Shown here: positions 1 to 9,233 of the stretch, piece after piece
How positions within the stretch are numbered: position 1 is the first letter of the stretch
How the letters are laid out: every line of letters starts with the position of its first letter
From: an uncultured Bacteroidales bacterium
Lineage (GTDB): Bacteria; Bacteroidota; Bacteroidia; Bacteroidales; P3
Reading direction: 5' to 3'
DNA: 64,000 nucleotides
Assembly (NCBI GenBank): GCA_963540815.1
Contig: CAUTQY010000004.1
Span: forward strand, 15,995-79,994
Notes under the pieces: generated by a model
Told to the model about the DNA's origin: nothing
Database searches by the model: none
The model's input: only the letters and a program-made list of their open reading frames with translations
Made by a program: the position numbers and the translations under genes

Positions 1-1539
1 TAAATCTATAAACGGATTGTAATAGTTTGTGCTTTTTTCAAACACTCCCGTCAATCCTTTACCTCCGTCCCTCGGACGTTTGATATCTGCAAAAATTCCT
101 TTTTCCAAAGCGGAAAACAATCCCGCGATCTGCATTCTTTCCAACAAAGCAACTGCATCGTCCAAAACCTTTTTTGCACGAGTTTGCATAATACCGTCTT
201 TTTTAAACTCTATATCATCACCCAAATCGTGCATATTGTTAAAGATGTATCTTGCATTTTCTATGGAAACATATCTATCAGACATAAAAGGTGTGTGAAT
301 TGCCTCTGTCATCATTCCCAAAAGTTGCAAACCTTGATGAGTCATAATACCCACTTGATTAAACAAAGCATCCTGTATTTGTCCTTTAAAAATATTTCCT
401 GTCATAAATTTGGTAGGAGGCATATATTTGATTGGAGCCTTGGGAAATATCTCTCTAATGAGTTGTGCCTGCGCAAGTTCGTACAGAAAACCGTTCTTTA
501 GCTCAGGGTCCATTTCAAAGGCGTGCCCAAGTCCCATTTGTTCTTCCGGCATACCTGCCGCAAAAGCAAGTTGTTCGTTAATGAAATCCGAGGCCAAAAC
601 CGTATGTGCTTCGTCAAAGGCATCGGCAGTAGTCAAATAATTATCCTCTCCCGTGTTTATGATAATACCTGCATAGCCGTTGATTATACGAGAAAAGAAC
701 TGGTCTATAAGGGTACGCTTCATATTAATATCCCTAAACAATATACCATACAAAGCGTCGTTAAGCATAACATCCAAACCCTCTAAGGCGCCCATAACGG
801 CTATTTCCGGCATACAAAGACCGGAGCAATAGTTACATAGTCGTATATATCTGCCTACTTCTTCGCCTACCTCATCCAAGGCTTTGCGCATTATACGAAA
901 GTTTTCTTGTGTTGCAAAAGTGCCTCCGAAACCCTCAGTTGTTGCTCCGTACGGCACATAATCCAAAAGACTCTGTCCCGTGGTACGAATAACTGCTATA
1001 ATATCCGCTCCTTGTCTTGCACCTGCCTGAGCCTGAATAACATCCTCGTATATGTTACCTGTTGCTACTATAATATATAGGTATGGTTTTTCTCCCTCTC
1101 CGATAGTTTCAATATATTTTTCTCTCTTGCGTCTGCGATTTATGATTTGTTGCAAAGAAGCCTCCATATAGGGTTGCAAACTTTCTCTTGCCTGCTTTTG
1201 CTCTACTATCGGTAAGGTAGTAATATCAAGTTTTCCTTCTGCTATTTGTTGTGCTATTTCGTTGGGAGAAAGCTTCAGTTGTGCGACCGCATTACCCATA
1301 ATATACATAATACCGTCGTTTAACCTGCCTTTGTCTTTTACAAAGTCCACCACTACATTGGGCAAAGGGACTTCATTTTCGTCCACACCGTCTATACCCA
1401 ACAACCTGCAAATTGTCCTCTCACATGTTACCGTAGAATAATCTTTGGCAAAATTTTCTACCTCATCGGAAATGTTTTTTGCTAATTGCTTACCGCGAGC
1501 AACTTTGTTAAAATCAATTCCTAATTTACTCTTATTCAT
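1..1539 (-). CDS. kamD: D-lysine 5,6-aminomutase alpha subunit; the last few C-terminal residues run off the left edge
   Basis: Absent from the ORF track because there is no stop inside the window. Manual minus-strand translation from ATG (1539-1537) gives MNKSKLGIDFNKVARGKQ...YLYIIVATGNIYEDVIQAQAGARQGADIIAVIRTTGQSLLDYVPYGATTEGFGGTFATQENFRIMRKALDEVG...RLCNYCSGLCMPEIAVMGA...GLGHAFEMDPELKNGFLYELAQAQ...KYMPPTKFMTGNIFKG...NYYNPFIDL. The frame stays open to position 1. It is collinear with the KamD family as I recall it. Confidence 0.85.
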   Translation of the reverse strand, partial: MNKSKLGIDFNKVARGKQLAKNISDEVENFAKDYSTVTCERTICRLLGIDGVDENEVPLPNVVVDFVKDKGRLNDGIMYIMGNAVAQLKLSPNEIAQQIAEGKLDITTLPIVEQKQARESLQPYMEASLQQIINRRRKREKYIETIGEGEKPYLYIIVATGNIYEDVIQAQAGARQGADIIAVIRTTGQSLLDYVPYGATTEGFGGTFATQENFRIMRKALDEVGEEVGRYIRLCNYCSGLCMPEIAVMGALEGLDVMLNDALYGILFRDINMKRTLIDQFFSRIINGYAGIIINTGEDNYLTTADAFDEAHTVLASDFINEQLAFAAGMPEEQMGLGHAFEMDPELKNGFLYELAQAQLIREIFPKAPIKYMPPTKFMTGNIFKGQIQDALFNQVGIMTHQGLQLLGMMTEAIHTPFMSDRYVSIENARYIFNNMHDLGDDIEFKKDGIMQTRAKKVLDDAVALLERMQIAGLFSALEKGIFADIKRPRDGGKGLTGVFEKSTNYYNPFIDL

Positions 1540-1623
1540 CTTGAAAAAATACGTGTTTTTATTTTTATCTGGTTCCTTATTATACCTATCCGTGGAAGTC
1601 CGTAAAAGTTCCTTTTCTACTTG

Positions 1624-1631
1624 CAAAGTTA
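1624..1631 (-). promoter_or_regulatory. Bacteroidota sigma-A -7 box (TAACTTTG) upstream of kamD
   Basis: Plus-strand caaagtta is TAACTTTG on the minus strand. This matches the TAnnTTTG consensus, about 85 nt upstream of the kamD ATG. Confidence 0.45.
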
Positions 1632-1703
1632 GTTCTTTTTGCTCATATCACAAAATACCTATTATTTTTGTACTTTCAAAAAAAAGTGTCTGTAAAAAAG
1701 TTG

Positions 1704-1711
1704 TAATTTTG
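1704..1711 (+). promoter_or_regulatory. Bacteroidota -7 box (TAATTTTG) upstream of hydG
   Basis: TAATTTTG lies 27 nt upstream of the ATG at 1739. Confidence 0.5.
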
Positions 1712-1738
1712 CATTCGACTTTAAAAATATATTGCATT

Positions 1739-3145
1739 ATGAATACCGCCAATCGCAATAAAAATTTTATTGATAGAGATAAATTATACTCTCTGTTGGA
1801 CGAGAAGACTCCCACGGAATCGGAATTAAATAATGTACTCAACAAGGCCTTGAAACTCAAAGGTCTTTCTTTGCAAGACGTGGCTTTGTTGCTGAAAATA
1901 GAGAAAAAAAATGATATTCAAAAAATAATGGACGTTGCCCATAGAGTTAAGGAGGAAATTTACGGGAAACGTCTTGTTTTGTTTGCTCCCATTTATACGG
2001 GGAATGTCTGCTGCAACAACTGTACTTATTGTTCTTTCCGCAAGGACAATCGTTTGATTAAAAGAAAAATTCTTTCCATGGAGGAAATAGAACACGAAAC
2101 CTCTTATCTTTTAAAACAAGGACACAAAAGAGTATTGCTTATTTGCGGAGAAAACCGCAAAAACGATACCGAGTATATGTGTGAGGCCATACACAGAGTT
2201 TATAATGTAAGAGAAAACAATAACCGAGATTATGTAAGACGTATAAACATAGAACTTGCACCTATGGAAGTGGAGGACTTTCAAAAACTTCATAAACAAA
2301 AAATAGGCACATATGTCTGTTTTCAAGAGACGTACGACGACGAACTTTACAAACGTTTTCACCCGGCAGGCACTCCAAAGGCAGATTATGAATACAGACT
2401 AACCGTAATGGACAGAGCCCAAGAAGGCGGAGTTAATGACGTAGGTATCGGTGCTTTATTCGGACTTGGAGATTACAGATTTGAAGTGCTTGCTATGATA
2501 GAGCATGCAAATCATTTGGAAGAATGTTACGGAGTAGGACCTCATACGGTAAGTGTTCCGAGAATGGAGCCGGCTTTGGGTGCTCCGGATAGTGAAAACA
2601 TACCTAACAAAGTGAGTGATGAGGAATTTAAAAAGCTTGTAGCCATCATTAGAATAGCCTTGCCTTATACGGGTATGATACTTTCCACAAGGGAGGGTTC
2701 CAAAATGCGTAACGAACTTATAAATTACGGTATCAGTCAAATAAGTGCGGGAAGTAGAACCAATCCGGGTGCTTATTCCGAAGAAGAGGAGCATACGGGT
2801 TCTCAGTTTTCTCTTAGCGACGAAAGAGATATGGAAGAGGTGATAAACTCTTTTATAGACGAGGGTTATATTCCTTCTTTCTGCACGGGATGTTATCGCA
2901 AAGGCAGAGTTGGAGAGGATTTTATGGATTTGGCAAAACCGGGTCTGATAAAACAATATTGCTTACCAAACGCAATATTTACTTTTCAGGAGTATCTAAA
3001 CGACTTTGCAAGCGAGAAAACCAAACAAAAGGGAATGAAACTTATCAAACAAATGTTGAAAGAATACGACCAAAAACAACTAATTCCCAAAATACAAGAG
3101 AATATCAATCAAATAAACCAAGGACAACGGGATATTTATTTTTAA
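1739..3145 (+). CDS. hydG: [FeFe]-hydrogenase maturase HydG (radical SAM tyrosine lyase)
   Basis: ORF track 1445..3145. The true start is taken as the internal ATG at 1739 (MNTANRNKNFIDRDKLY...), because the upstream 98 codons overlap the kamD start and the promoter region. Radical-SAM motif: CCNNCTYCSF (CxxxCxxC). C-terminal HydG-type cysteine cluster: CTGCYRKGRVGEDFMDLAKPGLIKQYCLPNA. The N-terminus is collinear with HydG (KGLSLQDVALLL...IYGKRLVLFAPIY). Confidence 0.85.
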   Translation: MNTANRNKNFIDRDKLYSLLDEKTPTESELNNVLNKALKLKGLSLQDVALLLKIEKKNDIQKIMDVAHRVKEEIYGKRLVLFAPIYTGNVCCNNCTYCSFRKDNRLIKRKILSMEEIEHETSYLLKQGHKRVLLICGENRKNDTEYMCEAIHRVYNVRENNNRDYVRRINIELAPMEVEDFQKLHKQKIGTYVCFQETYDDELYKRFHPAGTPKADYEYRLTVMDRAQEGGVNDVGIGALFGLGDYRFEVLAMIEHANHLEECYGVGPHTVSVPRMEPALGAPDSENIPNKVSDEEFKKLVAIIRIALPYTGMILSTREGSKMRNELINYGISQISAGSRTNPGAYSEEEEHTGSQFSLSDERDMEEVINSFIDEGYIPSFCTGCYRKGRVGEDFMDLAKPGLIKQYCLPNAIFTFQEYLNDFASEKTKQKGMKLIKQMLKEYDQKQLIPKIQENINQINQGQRDIYF

Positions 3146-3170
3146 ACAGTACTGTTGTTTTGTCACTTTC

Positions 3171-3253
3171 CGTCATTGCGAGCAACCTTGTTGCGTGGCA
3201 ATCCAAGAAACATAAAGCGGTCTGGATTGCTTCGCCTCTCGCTCGCAATGACG
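3171..3253. repeat. REP-like imperfect palindrome (GTCATTGCGAG...GGCAATCC / GGATTGC...CTCGCAATGAC family)
   Basis: The sequence is cgtcattgcgagcaaccttgttgcgtggcaatcc ... ggattgcttcgcctctcgctcgcaatgacg. The same head and tail motifs recur at about 17.8, 25.3-25.7 and 56.6-57.2 kb. Confidence 0.8.
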
Positions 3254-3360
3254 TATGTAGACGATGTTGATAATAAGGTAAGGATTGTATGTCGCGACTT
3301 AAGGCAAAGTCCTGTTTTTGACAAAAAGGAAGGAGGATAAAAGGATGGCTTGGTACAATA

Positions 3361-3390
3361 TCAAAATAGTCCGCTAAAAATAACGGACTA
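3361..3390 (-). terminator. Putative intrinsic terminator downstream of kdd
   Basis: Stem tagtccg / cggacta (3367-3373 / 3384-3390), followed on the minus strand by TTTTGA. The stem is short. Confidence 0.4.
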
Positions 3391-3428
3391 CTGAAGTAAA
3401 TTAAATATATGTAACATTAACCAACAAC

Positions 3429-4502
3429 CTAAGCATAAAGTTCTTCGAATATTTTTCTAAGTTTGGGGCATTCTCTCAACTCCTGCAAGGTAAATTCGGC
3501 GTGACCTTTGGTATAACCGTTACCCATTATCATATTAACGTCCGAACCTATACCCTCTGCTCCCAAAGAAGCCTTAGTGAAGCTTGTTGCCATAGAGAAG
3601 AAATAAACAATACCGTCGTCTTTTGTACAAAGAATAGCAGTCATTTCTTGGTCGGGAACGTTTACGCAGTTAATGGTAACATCTGCCATTTTTCCGTTTG
3701 TAAGAGAACTAACCAATTCATAAACTTCCACAGGAGTTTTACCCGCTATGGAAACAACCTCATCACAAAATTCAAGGTCTTTTATTCTATTGGTAGATTT
3801 TGCACTATTGGTTAAACCTATAACTTTACCTGTAACTCCAACACGTTTTTTTGCCTCATAGCAACAAAGCATACCACTCTTGCCACCTGCTCCTATGATA
3901 ACAACATCTTGTCCGTATTGGCAAAGTTTGGCAGTCTGTGCGGGAGCACCCGCAACGTCCAAAGCGGATAAAGCAAGTTTTTCGGGCATATCGTTAGGTA
4001 TTTTTGCATAAATACCACTCTCAAACAAAATAGCCTTACCCTTTATGTCCACTTGGTCAACGCCTGCCTTTATTTTTATAATTTCGTCTATTCTAAGAGG
4101 AGTAAGAGACAAGGAAACCAAAGTTGCTATACGGTCACCTTCTTTTAGGTCTATTTTACCTTTAAGAGCGTCTCCTATTTTTTCCACTTTACCCAAAAGC
4201 ATACCACCCGAGCCCGTCCTTCTGTTTCTGTGCTTGCCTTGAAGTTCCACATTCAAAAGCATTTCTTTTTTTATCTCCTCCATAACCTTTTCTTCACTGG
4301 CACCTTCGCCGGCCTGTTGTTTGGCATACTCGTGAATATCGGTAAAAGAAGCGGAATCTATGTTAAGAGTTTGTACATCAATAAGAATCTCATTATCATA
4401 GATTTCGTCCATATTATTATCAATCTTATTTGCCGGTTGAGGAAGAACTCCCTTTGGCTCAATGACACGGTGAGTACCGTATTTATTTCCTTTTTTCTGC
4501 AT
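3429..4502 (-). CDS. kdd: L-erythro-3,5-diaminohexanoate dehydrogenase (lysine fermentation)
   Basis: 357-aa ORF. YGTHRVIEPKGVLPQPANKIDN..., TGSGGMLLGKVEKIGD..., ATLVSLSLTPLRIDEI..., ALDVAGAPAQ and FFSMATSFTKASLGAEG are collinear with Kdd of Fusobacterium/Porphyromonas as I recall it. Confidence 0.85.
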   Translation of the reverse strand: MQKKGNKYGTHRVIEPKGVLPQPANKIDNNMDEIYDNEILIDVQTLNIDSASFTDIHEYAKQQAGEGASEEKVMEEIKKEMLLNVELQGKHRNRRTGSGGMLLGKVEKIGDALKGKIDLKEGDRIATLVSLSLTPLRIDEIIKIKAGVDQVDIKGKAILFESGIYAKIPNDMPEKLALSALDVAGAPAQTAKLCQYGQDVVIIGAGGKSGMLCCYEAKKRVGVTGKVIGLTNSAKSTNRIKDLEFCDEVVSIAGKTPVEVYELVSSLTNGKMADVTINCVNVPDQEMTAILCTKDDGIVYFFSMATSFTKASLGAEGIGSDVNMIMGNGYTKGHAEFTLQELRECPKLRKIFEELYA

Positions 4503-4546
4503 TGTTTTAAAAGATTTTTTTTGATTATATCATATATTTTGTTTTG

Positions 4547-4554
4547 CAAAGTTA
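4547..4554 (-). promoter_or_regulatory. -7 box (TAACTTTG) upstream of kdd
   Basis: caaagtta on plus is TAACTTTG on minus, 44 nt upstream of the ATG at 4502. Confidence 0.5.
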
Positions 4555-4641
4555 GTATTTTTTGGCATACCTGCAAAATATAATTTATTTTCGTATGACA
4601 AATTATAAACTGTTTTATGTCGCAATATTTATCAAAAAACT

Positions 4642-4649
4642 TAACTTTG
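4642..4649 (+). promoter_or_regulatory. -7 box (TAACTTTG) upstream of the nitroreductase gene
   Basis: TAACTTTG lies 29 nt upstream of the ATG at 4679. Confidence 0.5.
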
Positions 4650-4678
4650 CAAAGAAATTACATATTATTTGGTGGTAT

Positions 4679-5335
4679 ATGACACTATCGGAAGCAATAG
4701 AAAACAGGCATTCCGTGAGGGCTTACACGGACAGGGAAATAGAGGAGGAGAAACTACTGGTTATAGGAGAAGAAACGGAAAGATGCAACAAAGAGAGCGG
4801 TTTAAATCTTCAACTTGTATTAAACGAACCTAAGGCTTTTGATTCTACTCTTGCGCATTATGGAAAATTTTCCGGAGTAAGAAATTATATTGCTTGCGTT
4901 GGCAAAAAAGATAAAAGCCTTGCTGAAAAAGTCGGTTACTACGGTGAAAGGCTGGTTTTGCTTATCCAAACCTTAGGGCTTAATTCTTGTTGGGTGGCTC
5001 TTACTTTTAGAAAAATACCCGGAAGTTTTACTATCAATAAAGAGGAAAAACTTGTTTGTCTTATTGCTTTCGGATACGGAAGAGATAACGGTAAGTCTCA
5101 CAAGATAAAAAAATATTCCGACGTGTGTGATGTCAAAAATCCTCCTCTTTGGTTGGAAAACGGAGTAAAAGCTTCTCTTTTGGCTCCGACCTCCGTTAAT
5201 CAACAAAAGTTTTTTATTTCTTCGGACAAAGAAGGCAAAGTAACTATTAGGCGTAAAGGCTTGGGTATTTATACAAAAATAGATTTGGGCATAGTTAAGT
5301 ATCATTTTGAAGTAGGCAGTCAAACTACTATATAA
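4679..5335 (+). CDS. Nitroreductase family protein
   Basis: ORF track 4562..5335. The start is moved to the internal ATG at 4679 ([21 protein letters not shown]...), downstream of the promoter box. The RHSVRAY motif and protein size are typical of NAD(P)H nitroreductases. Confidence 0.75.
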   Translation: MTLSEAIENRHSVRAYTDREIEEEKLLVIGEETERCNKESGLNLQLVLNEPKAFDSTLAHYGKFSGVRNYIACVGKKDKSLAEKVGYYGERLVLLIQTLGLNSCWVALTFRKIPGSFTINKEEKLVCLIAFGYGRDNGKSHKIKKYSDVCDVKNPPLWLENGVKASLLAPTSVNQQKFFISSDKEGKVTIRRKGLGIYTKIDLGIVKYHFEVGSQTTI

Positions 5336-5367
5336 AAATATTAAGAACATATAAAATATTATATATT

Positions 5368-6162
5368 ATGAAGCAGTATTTGGAATTGTTGGATACCGTG
5401 TTGAAAAAAGGAGTATTCAAGGTGGACAGAACAGGTACGGGTACAAAAAGTATTTTCGGTTATCAAATGAGATTTGACCTGCAGGAAGGTTTCCCTGTGT
5501 TGACCACAAAAAAACTGCACATTAGAAGTATAATATACGAACTGCTTTGGTTTTTAAAAGGTGATACAAACATAAAATACCTAAACGATAACAAGGTTAG
5601 TATTTGGGACGAGTGGGCAGATGAGAACGGAGATTTGGGCCCTATATACGGACACCAGTGGAGACATTGGGATAAAAACGAAAAAGAAAGTATAGACCAA
5701 ATAAAACAAGTTGCAGACCAAATAAAAAATAATCCTAATTCTCGGCGCTTGATGGTATCTGCGTGGAATGTTGCACAAATAGACCAAATGGCTTTGCCTC
5801 CTTGTCATTGTTTGTTTCAGTTTTATGTGGCGGAGGGCAAACTTTCCTTGCAACTCTATCAAAGAAGTGCGGATATTTTTCTTGGAGTACCTTTTAATAT
5901 TGCCTCTTATAGTTTGCTTTTGGCTATGATGGCACAGGTTACTGGTTTGAAATGCGGAGAGTTTGTGCATAGTTTCGGCGATGCTCATTTGTATGCCAAT
6001 CATTTGGAACAAGCCAAATTGCAATTATCCAGAAAACCACTACCCCTTCCTAGTCTAAAACTAAATCCTGCGGTGAAAGATATTTTTGATTTCGAATTTG
6101 AGGATGTTCAAATAGCAAATTATGAATCTCATCCTCATATAAAGGCTTCCGTATCCGTATAA
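5368..6162 (+). CDS. thyA: Thymidylate synthase
   Basis: 264 aa. [25 protein letters not shown], catalytic [12 protein letters not shown] and DAHLYANH are canonical ThyA motifs. Confidence 0.95.
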   Translation: MKQYLELLDTVLKKGVFKVDRTGTGTKSIFGYQMRFDLQEGFPVLTTKKLHIRSIIYELLWFLKGDTNIKYLNDNKVSIWDEWADENGDLGPIYGHQWRHWDKNEKESIDQIKQVADQIKNNPNSRRLMVSAWNVAQIDQMALPPCHCLFQFYVAEGKLSLQLYQRSADIFLGVPFNIASYSLLLAMMAQVTGLKCGEFVHSFGDAHLYANHLEQAKLQLSRKPLPLPSLKLNPAVKDIFDFEFEDVQIANYESHPHIKASVSV

Positions 6163-6185
6163 AGAAAAATATATTTTACGAAAAA

Positions 6186-6434
6186 TTACTCTGTTATTGT
6201 TTCAAGTGCTTTGGCTAATTGGTCGGGGCAACTTGTCCCTTTACCCTTGCAGTCTATTCCTTTAAGTCTTTTGATAACTTGCTTTATTTCCATTCCTCTA
6301 ACCAAAGAGGCAACACCTTGTGTATTGCCGGGGCATCCGCCGACAAAATTTACCTTTTGTATTATACTGTTTTCAATCTCTACTTCTATTAACTTTGAAC
6401 AAGTACCTGAGGTTTCGTAAGTTATGTTTGTCAT
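6186..6434 (-). CDS. TSCPD-domain small protein (TIGR03905-like), function unknown
   Basis: 82 aa with GGCPGNTQG and GTSCPDQLAKAL motifs. Confidence 0.7.
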   Translation of the reverse strand: MTNITYETSGTCSKLIEVEIENSIIQKVNFVGGCPGNTQGVASLVRGMEIKQVIKRLKGIDCKGKGTSCPDQLAKALETITE

Positions 6435-6445
6435 ATTTTTTTAGA

Positions 6446-7804
6446 TTATGATATTATGTTGCTTATCAAATCCGAAATATTTGCAAGATATACGGGTTTG
6501 ATTTTTGTATCGGTTTCCGAAACGTCTTTGTTGTATTTACTGATATATATTTTTTTAAAACCTAAGTTTTCGGCTTCTTTTACGCGTCTGTCCATGTAGG
6601 AAACAGGACGAATCTCGCCCGATAGACCTACCTCTGCCGCAAAACAGGAATGTTTGTCCACATACACGTCTTGATGAGAGGAAAGTATGGAGGCAATTAC
6701 GGAAATATCTATTGCAGGGTCGCTAACTTTTATACCTCCCGCTATGTTCAAAAAAACGTCTTTGTTGCTAACCCTTACCCCCGCTTTTTTTTCCAAAACA
6801 GCCAAAAGCATATTCAGTCTCCTTATATCAAAACCGTTGGAAACTCTTTGAGGTGAAGAATAGTAAGAGGGAGAAACCAAGGCTTGGGTTTCTATTAAGA
6901 GCGACCTCCTTCCCTCCATAGTAGCACAAATAGAAATTCCGCTAAGATTTTCATCTCTTTGTGTCATAAGAATTTGAGAAGGGTTTTCCACTACCTTTAA
7001 ACCCAAAGAAGTCATTTCGTATATACCTATTTCGTTGGTAGAGCCAAAACGATTTTTAACGGAACGCAAAATGCGATAACCGTAATTTTTGTCTCCTTCA
7101 AATTGCAAGACCGTATCTACCATATGTTCCAATATCTTAGGACCGGCAATAGAACCCTCCTTTGTTATATGTCCGACAAGAATAAGGGGAGTATTTGTTA
7201 TTTTGGCATAATCTATCAATTTGTCCGCACATATACGGATTTGGGTTATACTGCCTGCAAAACTCTCAACCTCCGTGCTTGTTAGCGTTTGTATGGAATC
7301 CACTATAATTAGAGACGGATTTACATTTTTTGCCGACTCTAAAATATTCTCCACACCGGTCTCAGACAAAAGCAGACAATGTTCGGAATTGATATTCATG
7401 CGGACTTGTCTTAGTTTGATTTGCTCGGGACTTTCCTCTCCAGAAACATATAAAACCGTGGAATTATTAAGAGAAAGAGCGGTTTGCAAAAGTAAGGTAC
7501 TTTTTCCTATGCCGGGTTCTCCGCCTATCAATACCACGGAACCGAAAACCAAACCTCCGCCCAAAACCCTATTGAGTTCCTTGTCCAAAGTATCTATTCT
7601 GTTTTCTTGCTTGTATACGACTTGATGTATGGGAATGGGCTGGAAAGTTAAGACGTTTTTTCTATGGGATTTTGTTGCAGGGTTATTACTTAACGACACC
7701 TGTTCAAAACTGCCCCAACCATCACACTCCGGACACTTACCCAAATACGAAGAGGACTGATAACCGCAATGATTACAGACATATACATTTTTTTCTTTTG
7801 CCAT
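6446..7804 (-). CDS. radA: DNA repair protein RadA/Sms
   Basis: 452 aa. N-terminal zinc ribbon CNHCGYQSSSYLGKCPECDGWGSF, Walker A GGEPGIGKST, KNRFG motif and a C-terminal Lon-like domain. Confidence 0.95.
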   Translation of the reverse strand: MAKEKNVYVCNHCGYQSSSYLGKCPECDGWGSFEQVSLSNNPATKSHRKNVLTFQPIPIHQVVYKQENRIDTLDKELNRVLGGGLVFGSVVLIGGEPGIGKSTLLLQTALSLNNSTVLYVSGEESPEQIKLRQVRMNINSEHCLLLSETGVENILESAKNVNPSLIIVDSIQTLTSTEVESFAGSITQIRICADKLIDYAKITNTPLILVGHITKEGSIAGPKILEHMVDTVLQFEGDKNYGYRILRSVKNRFGSTNEIGIYEMTSLGLKVVENPSQILMTQRDENLSGISICATMEGRRSLLIETQALVSPSYYSSPQRVSNGFDIRRLNMLLAVLEKKAGVRVSNKDVFLNIAGGIKVSDPAIDISVIASILSSHQDVYVDKHSCFAAEVGLSGEIRPVSYMDRRVKEAENLGFKKIYISKYNKDVSETDTKIKPVYLANISDLISNIIS

Positions 7805-7820
7805 TTTCGGAAAAGGTTTT

Positions 7821-9233
7821 TTAACTCGGTTTTATGGAAACCTTATACTTTACTTCTTGATTCTGTGCCTTGCGATTTTTGTCATACTCATAATCTTTGT
7901 GATAAGGTCCATGAGGCAAATCCCAAAATACATATCTTTGCATGTACTCAAACAATCCCAGATATAGTATTTGCTCAGGCTCTTTCAACAATTTTTTATT
8001 GTTTTTCTCCTTTACGGGCATGGGACTGTCATAATTAAAGTCCGCATGTTTGACAAATAAGGTATCCAAACTCTTGGTTGAAATCAAATCATAATGCGCC
8101 ACCACATTTATATTGGTAGACCACCAAGGTTTTTCCACTCTGTATATTGTCATCAAAAGCACGGCGTCTGCGTTATATTTTTCTTTAAAAGACTTTATTT
8201 GTTCGCCGGTTATATATCGGGTATTTATAGTGGTATCTTTTTTTAGTATGTCCATAAAAGACATGGCAGGCAAGACATAATAACCCTTTTCGCATAATTC
8301 TTTTACGGCGGCAGTGTAAGCCATTTCGTTTGCTTGTTTGTAGTTGGAACGATTCCATACGGAGGCTATCATAACGGTAAGAGGTTTTTCTTTGTATAGT
8401 TTGGCATAAGCCGTTTGCATAAGTTCTTTTTTGGGAAATAGTTTTTGGTAGGTGCATTTGAAAACATTGCCCTTTTGATTCTCCTTTGAGGCTATTATTT
8501 TTTTCTTTTCCTTATCCGATAATGTAGTAACTTGTTCGGAGGATGGTACATCGTTTTTATTTTGCAAAGTATTTTCCTCTTCTTCCGTTTGTTGCATACG
8601 ATAAATAATTTGGTCCATAGTACTCATGGACTCAACCTCCTTTTTTCTTTGCTCTTCTTTTTCTTTATTCTCTTGTTCTATCCTTCTTTTTTCCTGCTCT
8701 GCCAACTCCTGTTCTTCCTTTTGAATCTGTTTTTCCAATTCTTTCTCTTGTTTGGCAGAAATTTCTTCGTTCTTTTTCTCGTCCTCCAAAAGTTGTTTTT
8801 TTTGTTTTTCCAACTCTTGCTGCATTTTCTTTTGCATTTCAATTTCTTGTTGCTCAAGTTTTTGAGAGGAAAGCAAGGATTCTTTTTCTCTTTTTCTTTC
8901 TTCTTTCATTCTTTGCCTTTCGGCTATTGCGGCATTCTTTATTATTTTGTCCTGCTCTTTTTCCTTTCTTTTTTTCTCCTTTTCTTCTTGTTTTTTCTTT
9001 TTGGCAAATTCTTTGTCTCTACGTTTGTTTTCTTCCAATTGTTTTTTACGATTTTCTTTTATTTGCTTTTCTTTCTGTTTCTGCTTTTGTTTTTCGGTTA
9101 GAGGTTTTTCGGTCTTTTGTGCGGAAACACTCGTTTCTTGTCCATTCTTTGTCTCATCCGTATTCTTCTTTAAAACAGAGCAAGAACAAAACAACATTAT
9201 AAAGGAAAGTGTTAGTATTATATATTTTCTCAT
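7821..9233 (-). CDS. Lipoprotein with a DUF799 (GNA1162-like) C-terminal domain preceded by a long Lys/Glu-rich low-complexity region
   Basis: 470 aa with lipobox LFCSC. Residues ~40-200 are almost pure K/E/Q. The C-terminal ~200 aa (PLTVMIASVWNRSN...EKGYYVLP...ADAVLLMTIYRVE) resembles DUF799 lipoproteins. The start overlaps the stop of the upstream DUF4810 gene (CTATGA). Confidence 0.6.
   Translation of the reverse strand: MRKYIILTLSFIMLFCSCSVLKKNTDETKNGQETSVSAQKTEKPLTEKQKQKQKEKQIKENRKKQLEENKRRDKEFAKKKKQEEKEKKRKEKEQDKIIKNAAIAERQRMKEERKREKESLLSSQKLEQQEIEMQKKMQQELEKQKKQLLEDEKKNEEISAKQEKELEKQIQKEEQELAEQEKRRIEQENKEKEEQRKKEVESMSTMDQIIYRMQQTEEEENTLQNKNDVPSSEQVTTLSDKEKKKIIASKENQKGNVFKCTYQKLFPKKELMQTAYAKLYKEKPLTVMIASVWNRSNYKQANEMAYTAAVKELCEKGYYVLPAMSFMDILKKDTTINTRYITGEQIKSFKEKYNADAVLLMTIYRVEKPWWSTNINVVAHYDLISTKSLDTLFVKHADFNYDSPMPVKEKNNKKLLKEPEQILYLGLFEYMQRYVFWDLPHGPYHKDYEYDKNRKAQNQEVKYKVSIKPS
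8630..9115 (-). repeat. Low-complexity K/E/Q-rich coding tract inside the DUF799-like gene
   Basis: Purine-rich (AAA/GAA/AAG) on the minus strand. It generates spurious F/L-rich ORFs on the plus strand. Confidence 0.8.

Noticed and set aside
1445-1738. The 98-codon N-terminal extension of the hydG ORF in the track (MAKFSTSSEMFF...).
   Set aside because: It overlaps the kamD start codon and the divergent promoter region and contains a TAATTTTG -7 box. It has no HydG-like sequence. The HydG homology begins at the internal ATG at 1739.
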